A DNA stretch of 64,000 bases. Source: an uncultured delta proteobacterium (GTDB taxonomy: Bacteria > Desulfobacterota > Binatia > Binatales > Binataceae). Positions 1-9,572 of this stretch are shown here, one piece after another (position 1 is the stretch's first letter; the number at the start of each line of letters is the position of its first letter). A model generated the notes under the pieces. That model worked only from the letters and a program-made list of their open reading frames with translations, was not told the origin of the DNA and did not search any database. Location: positions 287,717 through 351,716 of the forward strand of contig CAWAMM010000009.1 in NCBI GenBank assembly GCA_963783145.1. The letters are read 5' to 3'. Both the position numbers and the translations under genes were made by a program.

Positions 1-7
1 CCAAAAC

Positions 8-808
8 ATGGATTATGCGATCGAGGAGCTGCGGCGCACCGCGAAGATGCCATGCTTCCGCGGCGCATTCATTCGCCCGATGTTCATCGAAGGCCACTAC
101 TTTACGCATCCTTACTACGACCCATTGTGGGCAGAGCTCGAGAGCCTCGGGACTACCTTGGCTGTGCATCCTACCGCAGGGTTATGGAATCCCGAGTGGA
201 CCTCGCATGGTCCGTTCATCGAAAAAGTAAAGGGTCGTCTCAACCAGCATTCGGGGATCATGAATGCGGGTGGAGGCCCCAACGCCGGAGGTGGTGCCGC
301 GTCGAATTTCGCTTTGTTCAACGCGTCGCCGCCACTCGGCCATCCTATCTCACAGGTGCTGTCATACTGGCTCGACAACCATATGTTTGTCGCGGCGACT
401 CTTATTGGTTTCACTGTGATGCAGCGCTATCCGAATATGAAGGTGGTGGTCGCGCACGGCAAAGCGTCGTGGATGGAAGAGGTCCTTGAGAAGATGGAGG
501 CCTCCACGCGCACTATACCACTCCTGCATCATTATCCGGTGCGCACCGATACTGAGGAGATGTGGAAGGAAGGCAAAGTCATGCTCGGCTTTGATGCCGA
601 GGAACGATTGGTCCTTAAGTTACCCGAAGACTTCGCAGAAAAGATCGTTTGGGGCTCGCGCTATCCGCATCACGACACCACCAGTGCATGGGAAGCGATT
701 GAGAAGATGACCGACGCGAATGTCGCTGAGTCAACTATCGCTCGGATGCTGGGTGGAAACGCGGCCGAGCAACTCGGTATCAAATTAGCGCAGAGGGTGG
801 GCGCCTAG
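8..808 (+). CDS. Amidohydrolase-2 family protein, probably 5'-partial (continues upstream of window)
   Basis: C-terminal region (...WGSRYPHHDT...ARMLGGNAAEQLGI) is typical of PF04909-type metal-dependent hydrolases. 266 aa is short for the family and the ORF starts at the window edge. Confidence 0.55.
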   Translation: MDYAIEELRRTAKMPCFRGAFIRPMFIEGHYFTHPYYDPLWAELESLGTTLAVHPTAGLWNPEWTSHGPFIEKVKGRLNQHSGIMNAGGGPNAGGGAASNFALFNASPPLGHPISQVLSYWLDNHMFVAATLIGFTVMQRYPNMKVVVAHGKASWMEEVLEKMEASTRTIPLLHHYPVRTDTEEMWKEGKVMLGFDAEERLVLKLPEDFAEKIVWGSRYPHHDTTSAWEAIEKMTDANVAESTIARMLGGNAAEQLGIKLAQRVGA

Positions 809-1711
809 ATGCGCGTCGGGTTCATAGGCCTCGGCAACATGGGCGGCCCGATGGCGCTCAACATGATCAAGGCCGGCCACTCGCTGACTGTTTACGATGT
901 TCGGCGAGAAGTGGCCGAGCCTCATCTCGCAGCAGGCGCTCAATGGGCCGATTCGCCCGCCGCAGTCGCCGCGCAAAGCGAAGTCGTGGTGACCTCGCTG
1001 CCGGGACCCAAGGAAGTTGAAGCTGTCGCGCTTGGAGAAGGTGGTATCCTTGGAAAGCTTATGCGCGGCGCTGTCTACGCTGACCTCTCGACCAATTCGC
1101 CCAGTCTGATCCGACAACTGCATGCTGCGTTCAAAGCTAAAGGCATCGACCTACTCGACGCGCCGGTGAGTGGAGGAATTCCCGGCGCGCGCAGCGCTAC
1201 ACTCGCGGTTATGGTCGGCGGCAGCAAGGAAGCATTTGAAAGGATCAAGCCGGTCCTCGATGCGATCGGCGACAAAGTGTCTTACATCGGCGAGAGCGGC
1301 GCCGGTGCGGTCGCCAAGCTGGTGCATAACATGATCGCGATCTGCTCGACCCAGCTCCTTGCAGAAGCCTTCACTATGGGTGTTAAGGCTGGAGTGTCGC
1401 CGGAGTCCTTGCTGAAGGTTGTCGAAGACGGCGCCTACGGTCAGGGAATGCTGCTCAAGGGCACGATGCCGAAGATGGTGTTTCGCGGCAACTTCGATCG
1501 AGTGACCTTCGCGCTCAAGCTGGCGCGCAAAGACTTAGGTCTAGCCACCGAGATAGGTCGCGAGCTCAACGTTCCGATGCCGATTGCGGCGCTGGTCGAG
1601 CAGGACTTCCTGTCAGCTCTCGCGCGAGGTCTGGGAGACAAAGACTCGACTGCCGCAGTGACAATTCAGGAAGACCGCGCCAACGTAAAGGTTCGCGTTC
1701 CCAAGAGCTAG
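809..1711 (+). CDS. NAD(P)-dependent 3-hydroxyisobutyrate dehydrogenase family oxidoreductase (MmsB/GarR-like)
   Basis: N-terminal Rossmann motif MRVGFIGLGNMGGPMA. Length 300 aa. 6-PGDH-like C-terminal domain. Confidence 0.8.
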   Translation: MRVGFIGLGNMGGPMALNMIKAGHSLTVYDVRREVAEPHLAAGAQWADSPAAVAAQSEVVVTSLPGPKEVEAVALGEGGILGKLMRGAVYADLSTNSPSLIRQLHAAFKAKGIDLLDAPVSGGIPGARSATLAVMVGGSKEAFERIKPVLDAIGDKVSYIGESGAGAVAKLVHNMIAICSTQLLAEAFTMGVKAGVSPESLLKVVEDGAYGQGMLLKGTMPKMVFRGNFDRVTFALKLARKDLGLATEIGRELNVPMPIAALVEQDFLSALARGLGDKDSTAAVTIQEDRANVKVRVPKS

Positions 1712-1736
1712 AAAGCCATCCGGCCGGGAGGCACCT

Positions 1737-3059
1737 ATGTCATCGCAACTAAAGCTTGAAGAGTTGGTTCAGGACAGCCGGGTTCATCGCAGGATCTATC
1801 TGGAACAGGAAATCTTCGAGCTCGAAATGGAACGCATCTTCGAGCGCAATTGGGTTTTCGTGGGGCACGAGAGCGAGGTGGCCGCGCCGGGCGACTACAA
1901 GACGGTGCCGATTGGGACCCAGCCGGCCATCATGACGCGCGACGAGGACGGTGACATTCACGTCGTGATGAATCGCTGCATGCATCGCGGCGCGACCATC
2001 TGCCAGGACCCCCACGGCAATTCCAGTTCCTTCCGATGCTGGTATCACGGCTGGACCTACAACAATCAGGGCGATTTGATCGGCGTGCCGTATGCCAGCG
2101 GCTATGGAGGCAGCTTCGATAAGCGCAAGTTCGGCCTCATCAAGGCGGCACGGGTTGAGAAATATCGTGGGCTGGTGTTCGCGAGTCTTAGTCCCGACGT
2201 GGAGAAACTCGCGGACTATCTCGCAGCCGCCCGATACTACATCGATCTGTTCATGGATTTGTCGCCCGAGGGCGCGGTCGAGGCGCGCTCGGGAATCCAT
2301 AAGTATGGCTACGACGGCAACTGGAAGTTTCAAATGGAAAATGGCGTGGACGGGTACCATCCGAATTTCGTCCACCAGGCGTTTTTCGAAACCCAGGCGG
2401 GACCGATTGGCCGCAAGGTGATGCAACTGTTCACCGGCAATGCCGATTACGAGAGCAAGGATCTCGGCAACGGTCACTCGCTTCTCGATATGGCCCCGAA
2501 GCGTCCGACCGGGCCGCGGCCTACCTCGAACATCCTGCGCGGCGCGACCTCGCAAGGCGCCACCGCGAGTTACATGGCGAGTCTGATCACACGCTATGGC
2601 GAGGAGCGCACCGCGGAGATTTTGTCGGCTTCGAATGTCAACATCGCCGTTTTCCCGAACCTGCTGATTATCGGAATCCAGTTTCGCAACACGATGCCGA
2701 TAAGCGCGACGCGCACCGATGTTCACTTGCTGCCGACGACGCTCAAGGGTGTGCCCGAGGAGATCAACGTCGCGAGGCTGCGCGCGCACGAAGCTTTCTA
2801 CGGACCCGCCGGTGGTGGCGCTCCTGATGACGTCGAAATGTTCAACCGCTGTACCGATGGTCTTCGGGTGAAGGGCGCTGAATGGCTGGAGCTATCGCGC
2901 GGGCTCGAGCGCGAACAAGTCAGCGCCGACGGCATCATCAGCGGCCATATCACCGACGAGGTTCCGCAGCGCGCGTTCTATCGTCGTTGGAAAGCGTTGA
3001 TGTGCGGAACGGCTGAGGCGCAGCAGATCAAACCGCTGCGCGTCGCGCGAACTTCCTGA
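1737..3059 (+). CDS. Aromatic ring-hydroxylating dioxygenase, Rieske alpha (large) subunit
   Basis: Rieske motif CMHRG...CWYHGW. 440 aa. Followed by a small beta subunit. Confidence 0.85.
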   Translation: MSSQLKLEELVQDSRVHRRIYLEQEIFELEMERIFERNWVFVGHESEVAAPGDYKTVPIGTQPAIMTRDEDGDIHVVMNRCMHRGATICQDPHGNSSSFRCWYHGWTYNNQGDLIGVPYASGYGGSFDKRKFGLIKAARVEKYRGLVFASLSPDVEKLADYLAAARYYIDLFMDLSPEGAVEARSGIHKYGYDGNWKFQMENGVDGYHPNFVHQAFFETQAGPIGRKVMQLFTGNADYESKDLGNGHSLLDMAPKRPTGPRPTSNILRGATSQGATASYMASLITRYGEERTAEILSASNVNIAVFPNLLIIGIQFRNTMPISATRTDVHLLPTTLKGVPEEINVARLRAHEAFYGPAGGGAPDDVEMFNRCTDGLRVKGAEWLELSRGLEREQVSADGIISGHITDEVPQRAFYRRWKALMCGTAEAQQIKPLRVARTS

Positions 3060-3078
3060 CTCCGAGTGTGATCGTATC

Positions 3079-3555
3079 GTGGCAAGGCTGACTCGCTCGG
3101 ACGCGGAGGACATCCTTTATCGGGAGGCGCGCCTGCTCGACGAGTGCCGCCACCGCGAGTGGCTCGGCATGCTCACCGAAGAAGCGGTCTACTGGATGCC
3201 GGCCAATGGCGACGGCATCGATCCGAATCGCGAGGTGGCGCTGGTTTACGATAGCTCCGCGAAGTTGCGCGATCGTATCAACCGGCTCGCCTCAGGAGTC
3301 GCCCACGCGCAGAGCCCTCCCTCGAAGACCAAGCGACTGGTCTCGAATGTTCAAGTGGAAGCGTCCGAGGAAAACGCCGCGGCGATTGTTTGCGCGTTGA
3401 TTTTGTACGAATTGCGGCGCGGCAAGGAGCGCATCTTTGCGGGGCGCTGTGAGTATCGCCTGCGTTTGGTAGACGGTCATTGGAAGATCGCCTCCAAGAA
3501 GGTGGTGCTGGTTAATAATGGTGAGGTCATCGACAACTTGACCTTCATCGTTTAG
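3079..3555 (+). CDS. Aromatic ring-hydroxylating dioxygenase beta (small) subunit
   Basis: 158 aa SnoaL/NTF2-like sequence immediately downstream of the alpha subunit (20-nt gap). Confidence 0.7.
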   Translation: MARLTRSDAEDILYREARLLDECRHREWLGMLTEEAVYWMPANGDGIDPNREVALVYDSSAKLRDRINRLASGVAHAQSPPSKTKRLVSNVQVEASEENAAAIVCALILYELRRGKERIFAGRCEYRLRLVDGHWKIASKKVVLVNNGEVIDNLTFIV

Positions 3556-3583
3556 CCCTCAAAGGAGCTTGATCGTGAGTTAA

Positions 3584-3979
3584 TCAAACCCCCACGATGT
3601 CCGGTTTGAGGCTCTCGATGAACGCCACGACCTCGGCGCGTTCCTGTGCCGGAACCTGGAACGCATCCAAAGTGGCATTCAAATGGCCGCGGAACGACTG
3701 CCAGTCGGCCTCGTTAATTCGCATCCCGGTATGCGAGAGCTTCATGGGACGGCCAGTGTAGTAGGTTGGTCCCCCCGCGCAATTGCACAAGTAGTCGATA
3801 AGAAGTTGCTTTTCACGAGCGACGCCATCGGTGCCACGATGCGCCCAGAATCGCCCGAGCAGTTGGTCTCCCTCAAGCCGTGGCAAGAGGTCGTTTGCTA
3901 CAGCCGTAATCGCGCCGTGGCCGCCGAGACGTTCGTATAAGGTTTTCGGAGCATCACTACTCATCGATATTCTCTCCAC
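3584..3979 (-). CDS. Truncated haemoglobin (2/2 globin, group I-like)
   Basis: 131 aa; LYERLGG...AITAVANDL...FWAHRGTDG...MKLSHTGM pattern of trHb. Confidence 0.75.
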   Translation of the reverse strand: MERISMSSDAPKTLYERLGGHGAITAVANDLLPRLEGDQLLGRFWAHRGTDGVAREKQLLIDYLCNCAGGPTYYTGRPMKLSHTGMRINEADWQSFRGHLNATLDAFQVPAQERAEVVAFIESLKPDIVGV

Positions 3980-4132
3980 TCCGCAAAATTATGAGAATCA
4001 ACCTAAACCTCCCACACGCATAATGTCCAGAAGTGTTGTCGCGGGGCTTGCGAATCAAACTAGTCGCGATATTGTTGAAGAACAGCACGCGGCTCAGCCC
4101 TTCGAATCGGACCGCGCCATGGAGGCCACTTC

Positions 4133-5587
4133 ATGTCGGGAAAAATGAGTTCTAAAGAAATTCGCAAGCGCATCGGTCATCCGGTCATCGACGCCGACGG
4201 TCATTGGCTGGAGTTCGGCCCGTCGATCAATGACTACTTGAAAGAGGTTGCCGGGGAGGGCGCGGTTAATTCGTTTCGTCGCCGCGCCGGCTATGTCGCG
4301 AAGTCCCTCACCATGACTCCCGAAGAGCGTGCGCAAACGCGCCGCGCGCAGGAGGCGTTCTGGGGCGTGCCGGCGAAGAACACTCTGGACCGCGCCACTG
4401 CCATGCTTCCACGCCTCCTCTACGATCGCCTCGACGAGTTCGGCTTCGACTTCACGGTCCTCTACCCTACCGCCGGTCTCGCGGTTGGCTACATTCCGGA
4501 AGATGAGATCCGTCGCGCAAGCTGCCGCGCATTCAATATGTATATCGCGCATCAGTTCGGCGAATTCAGCGATCGCATGACCCCCGCCGCCGCGATTCCG
4601 ATGCATACTCCGGAAGAGGCTGTGGAAGAACTGGAGTATGTCGTCAAGGAGCTGGGCCTGAAGGTCATAGTAATGACCAGCCTGGTGCCGCGGCCGATTC
4701 CGGCATTAGGACAGAAATCCGGCGAAATGCGCGGGCTGGGAACCTGGTCCGACGTTTTCGGCATCGATAGCCCCTATAACTACGACTCGGTGTGGTCGAA
4801 GTGCGTTGAACTTGGAGTGATGCCCACCTTCCATGCCGGCACCCGAGGCGCGGGCTATCGCACCTCACCGACTAACTTTGTCTTCAACCACATCGGACAT
4901 TTCGGGGTTGCCGGCGAAGCGGTTGCGAAAGGACTCTTCCTCGGCGGTGTGACGCGCCGTTTCCCGACGCTGAAGTTTGCGTTCCTGGAAGGGGGCGTGG
5001 GATGGGCCTGCGGCCTCTACTCGGATCTGATCGGTCATTGGAAGAAGCGCAATCGCCGCGCGCTCGAGGAGGTCAATCCCGCTAACCTCGATCGCAAGCT
5101 GATGCATGAGCTATTCGAGCGCTTTGGGAGCAAGCAACTTGCCGATAGCCTCGATAGCAGCGCGATGTTTGACGGTCTCGGCGCGACCGGCACCGGCAAC
5201 ATCAAAGACCTCGACGATTTCTCGGCTTGTGGCATCGAAAGCCCCGAGGACATTCGTGAATTGTTCACCCGAAACTTCTATTTCGGTTGCGAGGCGGATG
5301 ACCCTATCAATGCTTGGGCCTTCAATTCCCGGGTGAATCCTTACAAGGCGCGCCTTAAGACGCTGCTCGGCTCCGATATCGGCCATTTTGACGTAGTGAA
5401 TATGAACGAAGTGCTGGAGGAGGCCTATGAGCTGGTCGAGGACGGACTCATAAGTGACGAAGACTTTCGTGAGTTCGTATTCACCAATCCTTTGCGCTTC
5501 TGGGCCGAGGGCAGGCCGGACTTTTTTAAGGGCACGGTTCTCGAAAGCGAGGCGGCCGACGCGCTTCGTGACTCGAAGTCGCATTGA
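4133..5587 (+). CDS. Amidohydrolase family protein
   Basis: 484 aa; IDADGHWLE and overall similarity to PF04909 amidohydrolases; sits in the aromatic-catabolism neighbourhood. Confidence 0.6.
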   Translation: MSGKMSSKEIRKRIGHPVIDADGHWLEFGPSINDYLKEVAGEGAVNSFRRRAGYVAKSLTMTPEERAQTRRAQEAFWGVPAKNTLDRATAMLPRLLYDRLDEFGFDFTVLYPTAGLAVGYIPEDEIRRASCRAFNMYIAHQFGEFSDRMTPAAAIPMHTPEEAVEELEYVVKELGLKVIVMTSLVPRPIPALGQKSGEMRGLGTWSDVFGIDSPYNYDSVWSKCVELGVMPTFHAGTRGAGYRTSPTNFVFNHIGHFGVAGEAVAKGLFLGGVTRRFPTLKFAFLEGGVGWACGLYSDLIGHWKKRNRRALEEVNPANLDRKLMHELFERFGSKQLADSLDSSAMFDGLGATGTGNIKDLDDFSACGIESPEDIRELFTRNFYFGCEADDPINAWAFNSRVNPYKARLKTLLGSDIGHFDVVNMNEVLEEAYELVEDGLISDEDFREFVFTNPLRFWAEGRPDFFKGTVLESEAADALRDSKSH

Positions 5588-6891
5588 CCGACTGGAAACG
5601 TACCTTTGCGGTCTATGCCGATCGGCGGGTCCTACTGATCCTGCCGCTCGGTATCGCGAGCGGCCTTCCACTGCTGCTGACCTTCTCCACGCTTTCCGCG
5701 TGGCTGGCTACCGCGGGTGTCAGCCGATCGGCGATTGGCGCGTTCGCTTTGGTCGGGACGCCCTACGCATTCAAGTTCCTATGGTCACCGCTGATAGATC
5801 GTTTGCCACCGCCATTGCCGCTGGGTAGGCGACGTGGATGGGGGATTACCATTCAGCTAGGACTGATAGTGGCGATCCTTGCGATGGGGAGCCGTGATCC
5901 TAAACGTGATCTACGACTGATAGGAATACTCGCGGTGCTGGTGGCCTTCCTTTCGGCCAGCCAGGACATTGTGATCGACGCTTACCGTGTCGAGCTGCTT
6001 GATGAAGAGCAGCAGGGCCCGGGCGCCGGAATGATCCAGACCGGCTACCGCATCGGAATGCTAATCGCGGGCGCTGGAGCGTTGATGATCGCGGCCCGCG
6101 CCAGCTGGTTCGGCGCCTACGCCACGATGGCCGCGCTCATCGGCGTCGGGATGTTGATCTTTCTATTCGGCCCGGAGCCGGTCGCGCGAATCGAACCCGC
6201 GACCATCCCATCACGCAGCCGATGGGACGCATTTCGCGAATGGCTCGCGGTCGCGGTGACCGGACCATTCGCGGATTTTATGCGCCGACCGGTGTGGGCG
6301 GCGATCCTCATTTTCATCCTCGGATACAAGTTGGGTGAGGCGATGGCGGGCGTGATGGCGATGCCGCTCTACGTCTCGCTCGGCTTCTCACTCGGACAGA
6401 TCGCCGCAGTCTCGAAGTTAGTGGGATTTTTCGCGACCGTGATAGGCGCTCTGGTGGGCGGAGTCATAACGGCCAAGCTTGGAGTTATTCGCGCATTGAT
6501 CGTATGTGGTGTGCTGCAGTCGCTCGGCAACCTATTTTACGTGTTACAAGCGGCCGGAGGTCATCGGCTCGACTACCTGGCCCTTTGCGTCGCCGCCGAG
6601 AACTTGACGGGTGCGATGGCGGGTGCGGCGCTGGTCGCTTATCTTTCGGACTTATGCTCCCCCGACTTCACCGCGACCCAGTATGCCTTGCTCTCCTCGC
6701 TCGCAGCAGTCGGACGCACCTTGGTAGCGTCATCCGGCGGCGTGCTGGCGGATAGGTTCGGTTGGGTGAGATTCTTTTTGCTGACCACGGTGGTGACGAT
6801 CCCCGCCTTGTTACTGCTGTTGTGGATCGGCAAAAGCGCTATCCCATTCGTGAAAAAGGATTCGCCACTGGCGGTCTCGACTGGTGGCTGA
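5584..6891 (+). CDS. ampG: AmpG-family MFS muropeptide permease
   Basis: GLPLLL...FKFLWSPLIDR signature; multi-TM; 435 aa. Confidence 0.8.
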   Translation: MTDWKRTFAVYADRRVLLILPLGIASGLPLLLTFSTLSAWLATAGVSRSAIGAFALVGTPYAFKFLWSPLIDRLPPPLPLGRRRGWGITIQLGLIVAILAMGSRDPKRDLRLIGILAVLVAFLSASQDIVIDAYRVELLDEEQQGPGAGMIQTGYRIGMLIAGAGALMIAARASWFGAYATMAALIGVGMLIFLFGPEPVARIEPATIPSRSRWDAFREWLAVAVTGPFADFMRRPVWAAILIFILGYKLGEAMAGVMAMPLYVSLGFSLGQIAAVSKLVGFFATVIGALVGGVITAKLGVIRALIVCGVLQSLGNLFYVLQAAGGHRLDYLALCVAAENLTGAMAGAALVAYLSDLCSPDFTATQYALLSSLAAVGRTLVASSGGVLADRFGWVRFFLLTTVVTIPALLLLLWIGKSAIPFVKKDSPLAVSTGG

Positions 6892-6907
6892 GAACCAGAA
6901 CGACGAT

Positions 6908-7231
6908 TCACATGGAGCTTCGAGGAGTGAGCGCGACAAATATCTTCCCGTCCACAATTTTTACCGGGTAACTACTGACTTTGAGTCCTTGGATGCTGGT
7001 GCAATGGCCGCTGGTAACATCGTAGCGGAAGCCGTGGGCGCGGCAAGTCACGATAGTGCCGTGAAGCTTCCCGGACCCGAGCGACGCTCCAGCGTGTGCG
7101 CATGCATCATTTGTTGCATAGATATTCCCATCGACATTGAAAAGTGCGACGTCGATACCTGCGACCCGCACGGCGAGAGCCCGTCCAACCGGCAACCGGC
7201 TAAGGGCTATGGTTTCGAGATAGTCGTCCAT
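6908..7231 (-). CDS. Rieske [2Fe-2S] ferredoxin
   Basis: CAHAGASL...CRAHGFRYD (CxH...CxxH); 107 aa. Confidence 0.7.
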   Translation of the reverse strand: MDDYLETIALSRLPVGRALAVRVAGIDVALFNVDGNIYATNDACAHAGASLGSGKLHGTIVTCRAHGFRYDVTSGHCTSIQGLKVSSYPVKIVDGKIFVALTPRSSM

Positions 7232-7362
7232 CGAGTTTAAGTATCGACCCCATGCACGGTAGATGAAAGCTTCAGGCTATCCGAGCTTGAGACCGAGGGT
7301 CGGGGCTCGTAAGCTGGCCTGCACCGGCGAAACGCGGCGATTCGATCGCGCAAGGGGAAGCC

Positions 7363-7773
7363 ATGAACTACTTTCTTGCCAAAACCGACCCGGATACCTA
7401 TTCCATCGATGATTTCGAACGCGAGCGGCGTACCGTGTGGGATGGGGTCGCCAATGCGCAGGCGGTTCGCGCGATTCGAGAAATGCGCCCTGGCGATCGC
7501 GTGTTCATTTATCATAGCGGCGGCCTTTCGAGTGTCGTAGGAATGGCGGTGGTCAAATCGGCTCCGCGTGATGACCCCGGGAACCCGAAATCCGCGGTGG
7601 TCGATTTGGAATTTGCCGGCCGCCTCGAGCCGCCGGTGACCCTGGCCGAGATCAAGCAGTCGCGAAAGTTCGATGACTGGAGCCTGGTGCGCCAGGGCCG
7701 GCTTTCGACCATGGCAGCTCCCGAGAAATTCGCGCTCTGGATGCGCGAGCGGTATCCGAAGGCCAAAATTTAG
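7363..7773 (+). CDS. EVE (PUA-like) domain protein
   Basis: MNYFLAKTDPDTYSIDD...VFIYHSGG is the typical EVE domain start; 136 aa. Confidence 0.7.
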   Translation: MNYFLAKTDPDTYSIDDFERERRTVWDGVANAQAVRAIREMRPGDRVFIYHSGGLSSVVGMAVVKSAPRDDPGNPKSAVVDLEFAGRLEPPVTLAEIKQSRKFDDWSLVRQGRLSTMAAPEKFALWMRERYPKAKI

Positions 7774-7922
7774 CGATGCGATCTTCGGGTTTCGAGAGCA
7801 AGATTCATCAGCCACGCGCGCGAACCTGGCGGCTGTGCAATCCGGCGCGAGAAAAGGCTAGTTTGGGTGGGAAGCAAATACGCCAGGGCCCCGGATATGA
7901 GGCAGTTTCGCGGAGAAGTTGA

Positions 7923-8843
7923 ATGATTCCTTTTGCCGGTAATCCTCTGAATCGCGCGAGCGAAAAGCGCACTGACACTAACTGGGTCGACTCCAAGTGG
8001 CGCGATCCATCTTCGCTGGTTCTGCCGATGTGGCGGCTGGAGCCGTTTCTGCTCGGCTCCGAAAAGTCCGGCCCGCCGATCGAGCTTGGTCTGATCCGAT
8101 CGGAAATCGCAATTTCGCTAACGGGCGGCGACCCCATCCGTATTTTTCTCGGGCTCGATGGCGAGCGGGCGGTATTTGCGCTCGATGTCACCGAGGCGAG
8201 CGAGCCTGCGAAAACAGGACCGCTCGCCGGGCTCGGCTATTTTCGCGATGCACGAACCGCGGCATCGATGCTTTCGATCAAGGATGCGGCATTGATCGCG
8301 CAGGCCAAGGCGATGATCGATTGGCATCAGCGTCACGGTTTCTGTCCGCGCTGCGGCTCGCCAACCAGAATTATGGATGCGGGCTATCGCCGGCTATGCG
8401 GCAAATGCAACGCCGAGCATTTTCCCCGCGTCGATCCGGTGGTCATCATGCTGGCGCTTCATGGCGACGCGTGTCTGGTTGGACGCGGCAAGCTGTTTCC
8501 CGCGGGAATGTTTTCCGCGCTGGCCGGCTTTGTCGAGCCTGGCGAAACCATCGAAGAAGCGGTGCGGCGCGAACTGATGGAGGAAGCCTCGGTGAAAGTG
8601 GGCGAGGTGACCTACTACGCAACGCAGCCCTGGCCGTTTCCTTCGTCGCTGATGATTGGATGTTTCGCAAAAGCCGAGAACCGTGAGGTGAAGGCCGACG
8701 AGAACGAGCTCGCCGAAGTGCGCTGGATCGAGCGCGGTGTCGCGCGTGAGCTGATCGAAGGAAAGGCGGTGGATGGTCTGCGAGTTCCGCCACCGATCGC
8801 CATCGCGCATCATCTAATCAGAACTTGGGCGCTGGGCGACTAA
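7923..8843 (+). CDS. nudC: NAD+ diphosphatase NudC (Nudix hydrolase with zinc ribbon)
   Basis: CPRCGS...CGKC zinc ribbon followed by Nudix box GFVEPGETIEEAVRRELMEEASV. Confidence 0.85.
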   Translation: MIPFAGNPLNRASEKRTDTNWVDSKWRDPSSLVLPMWRLEPFLLGSEKSGPPIELGLIRSEIAISLTGGDPIRIFLGLDGERAVFALDVTEASEPAKTGPLAGLGYFRDARTAASMLSIKDAALIAQAKAMIDWHQRHGFCPRCGSPTRIMDAGYRRLCGKCNAEHFPRVDPVVIMLALHGDACLVGRGKLFPAGMFSALAGFVEPGETIEEAVRRELMEEASVKVGEVTYYATQPWPFPSSLMIGCFAKAENREVKADENELAEVRWIERGVARELIEGKAVDGLRVPPPIAIAHHLIRTWALGD

Positions 8844-8865
8844 GGACGGAGCGGTTGGGACCTTT

Positions 8866-9555
8866 GTGGGACGCTACAACGAGTATAAAGACCGTGTGTT
8901 ACGGATGAGCCGAAAGCTATCGGAACAGGGCTACTTCGGCACCCGATCAGGCAGCGCGGGCAACGTCTCCGTCATGGTCGAAAATGAAACTGCGATGGTG
9001 GTGACGCCGACTCAGCTTTCCTATGACGTCATGACCGTCGACGATATCTGCGTGGTCGATTTCGATCTAAAGAGCATCGAGGGCCAACTGAAGCCGTCGA
9101 TCGAAGCTCCGATGCATGTGGCGGCGTATCAGACGCGACCCGATGTTAGCGCGGTGATTCATACCCATCAGGTTGGGGCCAGCGCGCTAAGCCTCATATC
9201 CCAGCCAATCCCGCCTCTGTTCGATGAGGTAACGCTGGCTATCGGCAATATCGTCGAAGTAATTCCTTATGCGCTATCCGGCACGCGCGAACTGCACGAC
9301 CTGGTGGCTACCAAGCTGACCAATCGATGCCACTGCTACATAATGCAGAATCACGGCGCACTCTGCGTCGGGCCCGATCTCGATCAGACCTTCACCTTTG
9401 TCGAACTGCTCGAAAAAATTTCGACGGTGTATGTGAATGCGCTCTCGACCGGCAAACCCATCAGCCCACTACCAGAGCCGATCGCGCAACAACTTTTCGA
9501 CGCGGTGATTGCGCGTCAGGATCGCGAAGTCGCTCGCAAGTCGAAACCTCACTGA
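8866..9555 (+). CDS. Class II aldolase/adducin-family protein
   Basis: GTRSGSAGNVSV...HTHQ motif characteristic of the fuculose-phosphate aldolase-like fold. Confidence 0.75.
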   Translation: MGRYNEYKDRVLRMSRKLSEQGYFGTRSGSAGNVSVMVENETAMVVTPTQLSYDVMTVDDICVVDFDLKSIEGQLKPSIEAPMHVAAYQTRPDVSAVIHTHQVGASALSLISQPIPPLFDEVTLAIGNIVEVIPYALSGTRELHDLVATKLTNRCHCYIMQNHGALCVGPDLDQTFTFVELLEKISTVYVNALSTGKPISPLPEPIAQQLFDAVIARQDREVARKSKPH

Positions 9556-9572
9556 GCGCCTGCATTTGCGCG

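Noticed and set aside
1749-2789. 346-aa minus-strand ORF fully antisense to the Rieske dioxygenase alpha gene. Similar long antisense ORFs occur at 9924-11327, 15976-16851, 24017-24751, 32712-33293, 34233-34958, 39651-40601, 42085-42828, 60836-62026.
   Set aside because: R/A/G-rich low-complexity translations. These are typical stop-codon-poor antisense frames in high-GC DNA, and each overlaps a gene with clear family motifs.
7237-7815. 192-aa minus-strand ORF overlapping the EVE-domain gene.
   Set aside because: No motifs, R/H-rich. The opposite-strand EVE gene has a clean family signature, so this is judged a spurious antisense ORF.
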